Shown here: one piece after another, positions 10,423 through 21,467 of the stretch
Numbering within the stretch: the stretch's first letter is position 1
Layout: the number at the start of each line of letters is the position of its first letter
Origin: an uncultured Myxococcales bacterium
Lineage (GTDB): Bacteria > Myxococcota_A > Bradymonadia > REDH01
DNA length: 64,000 nt
Direction: 5' to 3'
Assembly: GCA_965367675.1 (NCBI GenBank)
Contig: CBDUJZ010000009.1
Span: forward strand, 2,488 to 66,487
Program-made: the position numbers and the translations under genes
The notes under the pieces: model-generated
Told to the model about the DNA's origin: nothing
Databases searched by the model: none
Seen by the model: the letters and a program-made list of their open reading frames with translations, nothing else

Positions 10423-12836
10423 AGCGGGCTTCCGTGTGTGGAGGGGCCCCGCGTGTTTGCGGGGGCCGGTGCGGTCCCAAGGGCTGGGGCGCGGGAAGAG
10501 GTCGAGCGGACACGGCGCGGGATGCTGAGCGCGTTCCCGATCACCACCAGGCTCGATAAGGGCATGAGCACCGCGGCGGCCAAGGGGGTGATCATGCCGG
10601 CGCAGGCGAGGCACACCGCGCCCACGTTGTAGGCCAACGCGAAGCGTGCGTTTTGGCGCAACACCCGTGTGACTTCGCCCCCGACGGCCCGCGCGTGCGC
10701 GACTGGGGCCAAGCCGGGGGCCACCACGACCACGTCTGCGGCTTGCAGCGCGGCCTCGGCGCCTTCGCCCATCGCGACGCCTACGTGGGCGTTTGCCAGC
10801 GCGGGTGCGTCGTTGATGCCGTCGCCCACAAACAGGACCTTCGCGCCGGTCGCGGTGGTGTCGAGCACCCACGCCGCCTTGTCTTCGGGGCGCAGCCCGC
10901 CGTGCGCGTGCACGGTCACGTTGGTGTAGCCCAATGCAGCAGCTTCGGCCGTAACCTCGGACAGCACCTGGGCGACCACGTCGGGGTGATCGCCGCTGAG
11001 CACGGTCGCGGGGACGCCGATGCGGGAGAGGGCGGTCACGGCGTCATCGCGGAGCGTATCGCGGACGGTGATGGTGCCGAGCGAGACGCCGTCGCAGGTC
11101 ACGTCGAGCACGTTGGGCGCGATGGGCGCGACGCGGATCTCGTGGCCTTCGACCGTGCCGCAGACGCCGCCGCCCTCGAGCTCCGTGACGTGGCTTGCGC
11201 GCCGCGCAGGTGTGTCACGGCGCTGCAGTTCGTGCGTGATGGCCCGCGCGATGGGGTGCACGCTGCCCAGCTCGACCGCTGCGGCCCAGGTGAGCGCCTC
11301 GTCGTTGGCGTCCACCACGCGCGGGCGGCCCTCCGTCAGCGTGCCGGTCTTGTCGAACGCTGCGTCCGTGACCTCGGCGAGCGCGATGAGGGCTTCGCCG
11401 GAGCGAACGAACGCGCCTCCGCGGGCGGCTGCGCCGATGCCGACCGCGAACGTCGTGGGGGCTGCCAGCGCGAGCGCGCAGGGACATGCGACGACCAGCA
11501 CCGCGACCACGATTCGCACGGCTGCGTCCGGTCCGGCGGTGACTCCCCACGCGATGCCCGCGACGATCGCGGTCGCCAGCACTGCGGCGGTAAAGTACGG
11601 CGCGATGCGATCGACGTGGTCTGCGCGCGGGACACGGCTCTCAAGGGCGTCGCGCACCATCGTCTCGATGCGTGCGACCGTGGATTGCGCCGCTGCGCGG
11701 ACGACTTCGGCGCGTAGTTGGCCGGACACGATGCTCGCACCCGCGGGGAGGGCTTCGTCCGGGCCGATCGTGATGGGCCGCGCTTCGCCGGTGACGTGCG
11801 ATACGTCGGCGTAGCCGGTTCCGCTTCGCACGATGGCGTCGGCGCCGAGCCGTTGTCCGGTGCCGACGACCAGCATGTCGCCGGGTTGCAGCGTGTCGAC
11901 GGCGACCTCAAACACGCGGCCGTCGCGCTCGACCATCGCCATCGTCGGGGCGGCGGCGAGCACAGCTTCTGCGGCCGCAGCGGCCCGGTTCCGTCCTTGG
12001 CTGACCAGTACGCGACCGCCGAGCAGGAACGTGATGAGCATGACCAGAGAGTCGAGGTAGGCGGGCGCGCCGGAGCGCGTCGCGAGCGCGCCGTGCACGT
12101 ACATGACGGCGATGGCGAACGCGATCGGGACGTCCATGGACACGATGCCGCGTCGCAGGGATTGAATCGAGCCGGTGAAGAAGGTGGTGGCCGAGTACAA
12201 CACCGCCGGAGTGGCGAGCAGCAGGGCGCCCCAGGCGAACAGCACGCCGTAGCGTTGTTCCATGCCCTGCGCGTCGCCGAAATAGATCGCCACGTGCATG
12301 AACATGACGTTCATGGCGCAGAACGCGGCGACGCCGAGCCGCGTGAGCTCGTCGGCCGAGGTGGTTGCAGCTGCGGACGGCTCTTGAGGCGTGTATCCGA
12401 GCGACGCGACCACGTTGGCGATGCCCTGCGCGGATTGTTGTGTGGCGTCGAATTTTACGGTCGCGACGCCGGTGCCGTAGGACACGTGGGCGTCCGAGAT
12501 CCCAGGTGTGCTGGCGAGCACACGCTCGTTGAGCCAAACGCACGCGGCGCACCGCACGCCGCCGACGCGGAGGCGCATCTCTTGGGTGCCGTCGCCGAGG
12601 TCGCGGATAAATCGAGCGGCGTAGGCCTCGCTGTCGAACGCCCGGTTGTCGTGGGACATGGGGCGGGGCGAGTAGCCCTCGCGGCGCTCGTAGAACGCAT
12701 CCCACCCTCCCTCGTGCAACAGGCCGGCGACGGTTTCGCAGCCAGCGCAACAGTAGACGGGAGCGGTCTCATCTTCCGTCGCTCGAACCGGGAGGCCACA
12801 GTGCGCACACGCGCGGTTGGGGCTCCGCGGTTCCAC
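10407..12836 (-). CDS. ccoI: Copper-translocating P1B-type ATPase CcoI/FixI
   Basis: N-terminal CxxC...CxxC metal-binding region, CPC transmembrane motif, DKTGTLT phosphorylation site and GDGINDAPAL hinge. Located in the ccoGIS context. GTG start. Confidence 0.9.
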   Translation of the reverse strand: MEPRSPNRACAHCGLPVRATEDETAPVYCCAGCETVAGLLHEGGWDAFYERREGYSPRPMSHDNRAFDSEAYAARFIRDLGDGTQEMRLRVGGVRCAACVWLNERVLASTPGISDAHVSYGTGVATVKFDATQQSAQGIANVVASLGYTPQEPSAAATTSADELTRLGVAAFCAMNVMFMHVAIYFGDAQGMEQRYGVLFAWGALLLATPAVLYSATTFFTGSIQSLRRGIVSMDVPIAFAIAVMYVHGALATRSGAPAYLDSLVMLITFLLGGRVLVSQGRNRAAAAAEAVLAAAPTMAMVERDGRVFEVAVDTLQPGDMLVVGTGQRLGADAIVRSGTGYADVSHVTGEARPITIGPDEALPAGASIVSGQLRAEVVRAAAQSTVARIETMVRDALESRVPRADHVDRIAPYFTAAVLATAIVAGIAWGVTAGPDAAVRIVVAVLVVACPCALALAAPTTFAVGIGAAARGGAFVRSGEALIALAEVTDAAFDKTGTLTEGRPRVVDANDEALTWAAAVELGSVHPIARAITHELQRRDTPARRASHVTELEGGGVCGTVEGHEIRVAPIAPNVLDVTCDGVSLGTITVRDTLRDDAVTALSRIGVPATVLSGDHPDVVAQVLSEVTAEAAALGYTNVTVHAHGGLRPEDKAAWVLDTTATGAKVLFVGDGINDAPALANAHVGVAMGEGAEAALQAADVVVVAPGLAPVAHARAVGGEVTRVLRQNARFALAYNVGAVCLACAGMITPLAAAVLMPLSSLVVIGNALSIPRRVRSTSSRAPALGTAPAPANTRGPSTHGSPLWTSS

Positions 12837-12967
12837 TAACGGTCGGCCGTTTGATAGCTCTCGACGACCTGGTCCTTATGGGTGAGGGCGACCGCGATGA
12901 AGCAGGCGTCCACCACGATGACCAGCGTGAGCAGGCCGATGACGAGGTGCAAAGGATGGATGCGCAT
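12836..12967 (-). CDS. Small 43-aa single-TM protein between ccoG and ccoI (unannotated by the ORF track)
   Basis: ATG..TAG ORF MRIHPLHLVIGLLTLVIVVDACFIAVALTHKDQVVESYQTADR with GC3-rich codons. 14 nt after the ccoG stop. Its TAG shares 1 nt with the ccoI GTG start. Confidence 0.45.
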   Translation of the reverse strand: MRIHPLHLVIGLLTLVIVVDACFIAVALTHKDQVVESYQTADR

Positions 12968-12987
12968 TCGGCTTCCTTGGGTGTCGC

Positions 12988-14331
12988 TCATTGAAGGCGA
13001 TTTCGGAACGTCACAGCGTGCTCGTACGACTTACCGTCCGTGCTCACAATGAAGTGGAATGGCGTAATCGGCTGCTCGGGACGATTGTCCGCGTCGAACT
13101 CGACGAACGCGGGGACGACCCGGCGAGACGCGGCCTCGACGAGGATTGCGCCACCGGGGACGATGATCCGCGCGCCCGGGAGATCGGTAGCCACCTCGAA
13201 GGTGCGATCGGACGAGGCGTTGTTGTGGATGGTGATCTGGTACAAGTTTCGCGCGCCTCCGTTGGGCATCGCGGACTCGGCTGAGCCGGGGTCCTGTGCG
13301 ACGGTGACGTCGAAGTTCACCCGGCCGATGAGCGTGGTCGCCAGGACGCCGGCGCACGCGAGCATGCCGACCAAGTAGATGATGGAGCGCATGCGCGACT
13401 GGGAGCCCGGGCGGCCCTCCAGCTCCGCTTGGCTGGCGTACACGACCAGCGATTCTCGGCCGATTTTACCGAGCACGTCGGTGCAGGCGTCCACGCAGCG
13501 GGCGCAGGCGATGCACTCGAGCTGGAAGCCGTCGCGGATGTCGATACCGCTAGGGCACACGGTCACGCAGCGGCGGCAGTCGATGCAGTCGCCGACATCC
13601 GGTGCCACGTCTTCGAGGCGAAGTCCGCGCGGTTTGCGCTTCTCACCGCGCCGGAAGTCGTACCCGATCTGCACCGTGTTCTCGTCGGTCATCACGCCTT
13701 GCAGGCGCGCGTACGGACAGACGTAGTGGCAGAATTGCTCTCGGAACCATGCGAAGTCGAGGAACAGGATGAACGCGAGGCTCAGCGTGAGGCCGTATGT
13801 GAACGTGTCGGCCTGGAGCGTCCACAGGTCGTAGACGTCGGCGAAGAACCCCATGAAGCTCATGGAGATGCCGAACGAGACGAGCGCGAACAGCGTCCAC
13901 TTGAGCGCCCGCTTGCGAATCTTCTCGGGCCCCCACGGCGCCTTCTGAAGCCGGCTTCGCGCGCCGCGCTCTCCGTCGGTCCACTTCTCAATTTTGCGAA
14001 TCACGCCTTCGAGCAGCACCGTCTGCGGACAGGCGTAGCCGCACCACAGACGGCCCCACAGGGACGTGACGAAGAACAGTAAGAATCCGGCACCCAGGAT
14101 GACCGGGAGCAGGACGGTGGAGTCGCGCGGCGAGAAGACCTGCCCGAAGATGAAGAACTGTCGAGTCGACAGCTCGTTCAGGAAGATCGGCGCCCCTTGG
14201 ATGCGGATCCAGGGGAGGATGAGAAGGACTGCGATAAGCAGCCGCCCCAGCAGCTGGCTGCGGCGCGTGAACTTGCCGTCTACCGATGCCGGGTGAATCT
14301 CGTGCCGCGCTGCTCCAAAAGACGACAGCAT
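12988..14331 (-). CDS. ccoG: cbb3 oxidase accessory 4Fe-4S ferredoxin-type membrane protein CcoG/FixG
   Basis: Transmembrane N-terminus, two Cys clusters (CGYACPQT; CIDCRRCVTVCP...CIACARCVDAC) and a C-terminal Ig-like FixG_C region. Start at an internal ATG that overlaps the ccoP stop (TAATG). Confidence 0.88.
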   Translation of the reverse strand: MLSSFGAARHEIHPASVDGKFTRRSQLLGRLLIAVLLILPWIRIQGAPIFLNELSTRQFFIFGQVFSPRDSTVLLPVILGAGFLLFFVTSLWGRLWCGYACPQTVLLEGVIRKIEKWTDGERGARSRLQKAPWGPEKIRKRALKWTLFALVSFGISMSFMGFFADVYDLWTLQADTFTYGLTLSLAFILFLDFAWFREQFCHYVCPYARLQGVMTDENTVQIGYDFRRGEKRKPRGLRLEDVAPDVGDCIDCRRCVTVCPSGIDIRDGFQLECIACARCVDACTDVLGKIGRESLVVYASQAELEGRPGSQSRMRSIIYLVGMLACAGVLATTLIGRVNFDVTVAQDPGSAESAMPNGGARNLYQITIHNNASSDRTFEVATDLPGARIIVPGGAILVEAASRRVVPAFVEFDADNRPEQPITPFHFIVSTDGKSYEHAVTFRNRLQ

Positions 14332-14831
14332 TAGTTTGGCGCGGTCAGCGACAAGACATACGCGGTCACATGAGCGAGGCCTTCGGGGCCGATGACGGGG
14401 AGCCACGGCGGCATGCCCTTGTCGAGCACGCCGAGGGCGATCGTCTCACGCACTTCGGGAATACCGGAGCCGTGAATCCACTCATCGTCCACCAAGCTGG
14501 GGCCGATGCCGCCGGTCGCGTCTGCCATGTGGCAGGCGACACAGCGGGTGGCGAAGATCTCGGCGCCGCTGGCGATCGCCGCGTCGCTCATCACGATCTC
14601 GATGGAGTTCAGGTCAATGGGCTGCGGCGCCGCGGCCATCTCAGCCTCGTACGAGTCGCTCAGGTTATGCGGGGTGATGATGTGCCAATCGACGATGACG
14701 CCGATGCCCCAGATGACGGTGAGGACGAACAGTCCAACCCACCACGTGGGCAACTTGTTGTCGTATTCTTCGATGCCATCGCTGTCTTCGGCGTGGCCGC
14801 GAAGTTGGTCCGGAATATACGGCTCACCCAC
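14331..14831 (-). CDS. ccoP: cbb3 oxidase subunit III CcoP (monohaem c-type cytochrome, short form)
   Basis: EEYDNKLPTWW N-terminal CcoP motif, a transmembrane helix and one CVACH haem-binding site. Confidence 0.85.
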   Translation of the reverse strand: MGEPYIPDQLRGHAEDSDGIEEYDNKLPTWWVGLFVLTVIWGIGVIVDWHIITPHNLSDSYEAEMAAAPQPIDLNSIEIVMSDAAIASGAEIFATRCVACHMADATGGIGPSLVDDEWIHGSGIPEVRETIALGVLDKGMPPWLPVIGPEGLAHVTAYVLSLTAPN

Positions 14832-15027
14832 GGGCGTCCTCGGCAGGTGCGGGGACGATCGCGTCGTCCAGTGGAAGGAGTGCGGCCTCTCGGTAGATGG
14901 CCGCGGCGCCCGGGCGGAACATCCGCAGGAACACGAGCGCGAAGAAGCAGAAGAACCCGACGGTGACGGCGCCCATCAGCAAACCGCCGGACGCCATATC
15001 ACCGGCCTGTCGAAAGATAGGATTCAT
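14824..15027 (-). CDS. ccoQ: cbb3 oxidase subunit IV CcoQ-like small membrane protein
   Basis: 67 aa with a single transmembrane helix, sitting between ccoO and ccoP and overlapping both; position and size are typical of ccoQ. Confidence 0.6.
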   Translation of the reverse strand: MNPIFRQAGDMASGGLLMGAVTVGFFCFFALVFLRMFRPGAAAIYREAALLPLDDAIVPAPAEDARG

Positions 15028-15811
15028 GGCTGGACTCCTTCGGGGTTGGCGGCGCCCTCGGGGGCACCGGAGCCTTCAACGTCCGCTGCGGCGTCAGCCT
15101 CGGCGGAGCCTTCAGCGTTGTCCTCAATGCCGAGCAGGGCGTTGATATCGGTGCCCAGTCGCTGCAGGTAAGCGATGAGCGCGATGGCCTCGAGGTTGGG
15201 GTCGGCCTCAATGTTGGCCGCGGCCAAGCTCTCGACGATGACCTGCGCTTCGGCGCTCAACGTGGCGCCCGCGTTGGCGATATCTTCTTCGGTGTAGGGC
15301 TCACCCACGCGGCTGAGGGCGCGGATGGTGCTCTGCACGTCTTCGACGTCCCAGGTGTCTTCGTACAGCCAGCTGTAGGCGGGCATGATGGACCCGGGCG
15401 AGGTCGTGCGCGGGTTGCGCATGTGCTCCCAGTGCCATGCGTCGGGGTACTTGCCGCCCACGCGCGCCAGGTCGGGACCGATGCGACGGCTGCCGAGCTG
15501 GAACGGGCGGTCGTGCACCACCTCGGCCGCTCGGGACCACTCGCCGTAGCGCATGGTCTCGGCGCGCATGGGGCGAATCATCTGCGAGTGGCAGTTGTAG
15601 CACCCTTCGCGGACGTAGATGTCACGTCCGGCGAGCTCCAGCGGGGTGTAGGGGGCCACGAGGTGGGCATCCTCCGCTTGGTTCGCGTCGACGGTGTACA
15701 TCGGGATGATTTCGACCAAGCCACCGATGAGGATCGCGACGACGGCGAGGAAGGTGAAGGGCGCCGCTTGGGTCTCGAGGACTCTAGAGTGCCAGCTGTC
15801 TTGGTTGCTGC

Positions 15812-15815
<4 letters not shown>
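15024..15815 (-). CDS. ccoO: cbb3 oxidase subunit II CcoO (monohaem cytochrome c)
   Basis: N-terminal transmembrane helix, CYNCHSQMIRP haem site and the conserved FixO region. Acidic C-terminal extension. Confidence 0.9.
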
Positions 15816-17284
<1,469 letters not shown>

Positions 17285-17445
17285 GGGTCGTGTGTGCGGG
17301 GGCGGGGGAGCGCCGCGGAGGGCAAGAAGTGCCCAAGAGTCTGCAACGCTCATGCCAGCCAGGATCCGAGCGAGCGCGGTCAAACACCGACACACCGTGA
17401 ACGCGCGCCGCTCGTGGGAGTGCGCGAGCCTCGATGCCCCCCACG

Positions 17446-17459
17446 TTGACGTTCATCAA
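17446..17459. promoter_or_regulatory. FNR/FixK-type anaerobox TTGAC-GTTC-ATCAA
   Basis: Near-consensus TTGAT-N4-ATCAA dyad in the divergent intergenic region between ccoN (minus) and the HCxxMCGP membrane protein / HiPIP operon (plus). Confidence 0.55.
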
Positions 17460-17470
17460 ACCGTGACGAC

Positions 17471-18301
17471 GTGGCAATTCGCCCAGCCATGTGTGTGATC
17501 CTGCACACTTGCTTCGCCCTCTGCGTCGGGAAACGCCCGAGTTCGCTGGGTGTGAGATTTGGCACAACGCCTGCATTAAGTCGCCGCGTGACCACTTCAG
17601 CACTCATCGCGCTCCTATTCGCTTCCCTGGCCGTCGGCTTCGTCGGTAGCCTGCATTGCGTTGGCATGTGCGGCCCGTTTGCGGCCTTGGCAGGCACGCG
17701 CGGCTGGAAGGGCGTGATCACATATTCTTCTGGACGGCTGCTGACTTACGGGCTGCTCGGTGCATTTGCCGGACTGTTCGGCGCAGCGCTCGCGGCGCTC
17801 CGTGAGGTCGGACTCGTGGTCGCTGTGGTCATCTTGCTCACCGTATCTCTACAGCTCGCAGGTGTGTTGCCTGAGCCGCGCATCGGCGCTCGTTGGTCTG
17901 CACCCCTCGTTCGCTGGGTGCAACGCGCCCGGGCGGGCCGTTTCGCACTAGGCGTCACCACCGCGCTCCTGCCGTGCGGTCTCGTATACGCCGGCCTCGG
18001 TGTGGCCATCGGCGCTGGCTCCCCGCTGTGGGGCGCGCTCGCGATGGTCACGTTCGGTCTGGGCACTTGGCCCGCGTCCCTGCTCGTCGGCGTTGGCGCC
18101 GGTCGCTTGATGCGGGTGCGTAAACCGGTCCAGCGAGTCGCCGCCGCCATCGTGTGTGTCGCCGGACTGTGGACGCTCAGCCACCGCGCGCCGTCCCATC
18201 TCGTCGAGCCGCCCTCGGAGCCTGGAGCGTCCGAGGCAGCACCGCTTGACCAGGCCCCCATTCCTTCCTGCTGCGCCGGCAACGTCTCAGCCCCGCAGTG
18301 A
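17471..18301 (+). CDS. DsbD_2 / TauE-SafE-like polytopic membrane protein with HCxxMCGP motif (start uncertain; GTG near 17590 possible)
   Basis: Six or more transmembrane helices. LHCVGMCGPF motif in TM1 and a second conserved Cys (LLPCGLVY). Confidence 0.7.
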   Translation: MAIRPAMCVILHTCFALCVGKRPSSLGVRFGTTPALSRRVTTSALIALLFASLAVGFVGSLHCVGMCGPFAALAGTRGWKGVITYSSGRLLTYGLLGAFAGLFGAALAALREVGLVVAVVILLTVSLQLAGVLPEPRIGARWSAPLVRWVQRARAGRFALGVTTALLPCGLVYAGLGVAIGAGSPLWGALAMVTFGLGTWPASLLVGVGAGRLMRVRKPVQRVAAAIVCVAGLWTLSHRAPSHLVEPPSEPGASEAAPLDQAPIPSCCAGNVSAPQ

Positions 18302-18338
18302 ATCCGCGGCTCTGCCGCACAACCCCGCAAGAGGCACC

Positions 18339-18656
18339 ATGACCGAAATCAACCGTCGACAATTTCTTGAGCGCGCTGCAATCCTCGGCGCGAGCCTCAG
18401 CGCTGGCGCGCTCCTGATCGGCTGCAACAGTGGCGGCGGAGCGTTGTCCTGCACGGACACGGCCGGCCTCGACGCCGCCCAGGTCTCCCTGCGCACCAAC
18501 AACGGCTACGTAGAGCGCAGCACGGTCGCGTCCAAGAACTGCGCCAACTGCTCGCTCTTCACCGCCGGCGGCGAAGGCTCCTGCGGCAGTTGTTCCGTCG
18601 TGCCCGGCCCGATCAACCCGGCCGGCTACTGCAACATCTGGGTCGCCGCAGCCTAG
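18339..18656 (+). CDS. High-potential iron-sulfur protein (HiPIP), Tat-exported lipoprotein
   Basis: Start at MTEINRRQFLERAAILGASLSAGALLIGC (twin-arginine motif plus lipobox). Four Cys in the HiPIP arrangement (CANCSLF...CGSCSVV...GYCNIW). Confidence 0.85.
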   Translation: MTEINRRQFLERAAILGASLSAGALLIGCNSGGGALSCTDTAGLDAAQVSLRTNNGYVERSTVASKNCANCSLFTAGGEGSCGSCSVVPGPINPAGYCNIWVAAA

Positions 18657-18710
18657 CGCTCGCGCTGTTTCCCTAGGGACTCACCGGTCGTCGCGTACGG
18701 CCGGTGGGTG

Positions 18711-19640
18711 CTACTCGGCTGCATCCGGCTCGCTCGGCTCTGCGGCCGTATCTGCATGAGCCTCCGGTTTCGGAATCCGTCCGAAGCCCGAGAGCTCCTG
18801 TTTCACCCACCCGTCAGGGTAGTCGTGTAGGCCTTCGAACCCGAGGGCGATGTCACGACCGTCGGACGGCCACCAGGCGGTCTTGAACAGCCAGTCCCAC
18901 AGGCTCAGGCTGATGCCGAAGTTGCATCCGTAGCGGCCGGGCTGCGTGTACGCGTGGTGCCAGATGTGCATCTGTGGCGTGTTGAAGATGTAGCGCAGGG
19001 GCCCGACCGGCAGCCGAACGTTGCTGTGGTTCAGGTGGCCGATGGTCAGCGCGATCGCGTGCACGATGAAGAAGTCGGTGAGGCCGAAGCCGAGCATCGC
19101 CAGGGGGATATACTCGAGCGTCCGGTACACGATCGTCTCCATCCAGTGGTAGCGAAGGTGTGCGGCGAACCCCATCTGCGTCACGCTGTGGTGCACCTTG
19201 TGGAACTGCCACAACCGGTCACTGCGATGGAGCAGCCGGTGCACGTTCCAGTGGATGAAATCGCGCACCACAAACATGACCGCGAGCTTGGCCAAGAGCG
19301 GCCAGCTGCTGATCTCGATGGCGACTAGGTTCTCCCAGCCGAACACGGAGCGTAGCGCGTCGTTGAACGCGACGGAGACGACGCGGGAGAGGGCGGCGTA
19401 GCCGAGCGCGGAGAAGATGAAAAAGTTGAACACCATGTACCAGGCGTCCAACCAGAAGTCCTTCCGCTGCCATGGCTGCTGCTTGCGCCACGGCGCCACT
19501 TGCTCGGCCACGAAACAGGCAACGGACACTGCGAATAGCAGCGTCACGTAGTTGCCCCACCCCGGGTTCAAGAGCTCGTGCTTCAGGTACGCGCCGTACC
19601 CGTAGAAAGCGTCCCGAAAGATGGCGGCGTAGTCGCTCAT
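18711..19640 (-). CDS. Fatty-acid hydroxylase / sterol desaturase family membrane di-iron enzyme
   Basis: Histidine boxes HWNVHRLLH, HKVHH and HIWHH within a polytopic membrane protein. Confidence 0.85.
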   Translation of the reverse strand: MSDYAAIFRDAFYGYGAYLKHELLNPGWGNYVTLLFAVSVACFVAEQVAPWRKQQPWQRKDFWLDAWYMVFNFFIFSALGYAALSRVVSVAFNDALRSVFGWENLVAIEISSWPLLAKLAVMFVVRDFIHWNVHRLLHRSDRLWQFHKVHHSVTQMGFAAHLRYHWMETIVYRTLEYIPLAMLGFGLTDFFIVHAIALTIGHLNHSNVRLPVGPLRYIFNTPQMHIWHHAYTQPGRYGCNFGISLSLWDWLFKTAWWPSDGRDIALGFEGLHDYPDGWVKQELSGFGRIPKPEAHADTAAEPSEPDAAE

Positions 19641-19661
19641 GACGCTACGCCGCCGGTCTCG

Positions 19662-21467
19662 CTACTCGCCTTCGGCGCAAACGGTGTCTTGCTCAACAAT
19701 GTGGAACTCCACGCGGCGGTTCTGGGCTCGGCCGCTTCGGCTGTCGTTGTCGGCGATCGGGCGTGTCTCGCCAAATCCTACCGCGTCGACGGATGTACGC
19801 ACGCCCTGGTTCTCCAGGTAGGTGCGGACCGACTCGGCGCGTTCTTGCGACAGCGTCAGGTTGCTGTCGTCGGAGCCGCGGTCATCGGTATGTCCTTCGA
19901 CGCGCACGCGACGAATTTGATTCGCCGAGCGCAGAACTGTCGCCACTTGGTTGAGGAGCTCGAACGAGCGGGCCTCGATTTCAGCGGAGCTGGTCTCGAA
20001 GTACACGTTCTCGGCGATCTCGATGCGGTCGCACTGCAAGGACACGAGTCCCTCGCCTTCTTCGGGGCATCCATCGTCGTCTTCGAAGCCGTCGTAGTCT
20101 TCGGGCAGCTCGGGGCAGGCGTCGTCGGCGTCGAGCATTCCGTCACGGTCGTTGTCCGACTCGGGGCATCCGTCGGCATCTTCGAATCCGTCGAAGTCTT
20201 CGGGGCTGTCCGGGCAGTCGTCGTCAATGTCCAAGACGCCGTCGCCGTCGTTGTCGAGGTCCGGGCATCCGTCCATGTCCTCGAATCCGTCGATGTCCTC
20301 GGCGATGTCGGGGCAGTCGTCGTCCTCGTCGTCGATGCGGTCGCCATCGTTGTCGATGTCGGGGCATCCGTCGGCGTCTTCGAAGCCGTCGTTGTCCTCG
20401 GCCTGCAGCGGGCACGTGTCGTTGAAGTCGAGGATTCCGTCGCCGTCGTTGTCCGGGTCGGGACAGCCGTCGGTGTCTTCGAAGTCGTCGTGGTCCTCGG
20501 CGTCGGCCGGGCACAGGTCGTTGGCGTTGAGCACGCCGTCTTCGTCGCAGTCGTCACATCCGACCGACGAGACGCCGATCTCCAGCATGAAGCGCCAGTC
20601 GGGCGCGCCGAAGCCGCGGAGCAGGCCCATGCCGAAGCCGCCACCCACGTGGACACGGTCGGCGATGTAGCGGCCGCCGATGCGGGCTTCGATGGGGAGC
20701 TCTTCGCGGTCGATGGAGTCCGCAAGCGCAGAGACCGCGCCTTCGAACTCGAGGAGCAGGTGACCGGCCTTCTCCGCGCCCAGCGCGATGTCGATACCGG
20801 CGCCGTACGTGATGACGTCGTCGACCTGCAGGTTCGCGATCTCGCCGCTGCCCGTGCGCACCATGTAGCCCGCGTTGAACATCAGGCGGAACTGCTCCGC
20901 GAACGCCACGTCGAACAGCAGGCGAGGGTGCACGCGGAGGTCTTCGCCCTGCAGCGTGTCCACGTTGCCCAACGGCAGGAACACGCCGACCTCGAGGGCC
21001 AACGAGACGCCGCCGGGGGACTCGCTCGTGTCGCCGTTGAACAACTGCAGCTTGGGGATGATGCGCGGGTCCGCGATGCCGACGCCGGCGTCGTGTCCGT
21101 TGAAGTCCAAGTTGGGTACGTTGTCGCCGGTCTGGCGCAGGATCATCGGGACGTCGAAGCCGATCTCAAGACGGTCCGCGATACCCACCGAGAATAGTAC
21201 GTTGGTGACGAGCTGGTCGTGCACGAGCGCGTTCTTCTGCTCGTCGCCGTCGTAGATGCCGAGCAGGTCGTCCGCGTAGTGGAGCATGAGACCGAGTTCC
21301 CACTGACGGGCGGCTTGGATCTGCGCGGAGCCAACACCGAAACCGTTGAGCCGCTGGCTCGCGTTCGGGTGCAGGTTCTGGACGTCGAAGCCGTCGTACG
21401 CGGCGGCCGGCGAGGCAGAAAGGAGCAGCGCGGCGATGCTGCCGAGGCCAAGTGCGCGAAGTTTCAT
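19662..21467 (-). CDS. OmpA-family outer-membrane protein with thrombospondin type-3 (DxDxDGxxDxxD) calcium-binding repeats
   Basis: Signal peptide (MKLRALGLGSIAALLLSASPAAA), beta-barrel-like N-terminal region, about 10 TSP3 Asp-rich repeats and a C-terminal OmpA_C domain (VEGHTDDRGSDDSNLTLSQERAESV...NRRVEF). Confidence 0.85.
   Translation of the reverse strand: MKLRALGLGSIAALLLSASPAAAYDGFDVQNLHPNASQRLNGFGVGSAQIQAARQWELGLMLHYADDLLGIYDGDEQKNALVHDQLVTNVLFSVGIADRLEIGFDVPMILRQTGDNVPNLDFNGHDAGVGIADPRIIPKLQLFNGDTSESPGGVSLALEVGVFLPLGNVDTLQGEDLRVHPRLLFDVAFAEQFRLMFNAGYMVRTGSGEIANLQVDDVITYGAGIDIALGAEKAGHLLLEFEGAVSALADSIDREELPIEARIGGRYIADRVHVGGGFGMGLLRGFGAPDWRFMLEIGVSSVGCDDCDEDGVLNANDLCPADAEDHDDFEDTDGCPDPDNDGDGILDFNDTCPLQAEDNDGFEDADGCPDIDNDGDRIDDEDDDCPDIAEDIDGFEDMDGCPDLDNDGDGVLDIDDDCPDSPEDFDGFEDADGCPESDNDRDGMLDADDACPELPEDYDGFEDDDGCPEEGEGLVSLQCDRIEIAENVYFETSSAEIEARSFELLNQVATVLRSANQIRRVRVEGHTDDRGSDDSNLTLSQERAESVRTYLENQGVRTSVDAVGFGETRPIADNDSRSGRAQNRRVEFHIVEQDTVCAEGE

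Noticed and set aside
10285-10872. 195-aa ORF spanning the ccoI 3' end
   Set aside because: Only the last 45 aa (from MDILIIL...) match CcoS. The upstream part is an Arg/Pro-rich alternative frame of ccoI.
17285-17395. Extended N-terminus for ccoN starting at 17395
   Set aside because: The added 37 residues (MCRCLTALARILAGMSVADSWALL...) do not resemble CcoN. The start at 17284 gives a canonical N-terminus and better spacing from the FNR box.
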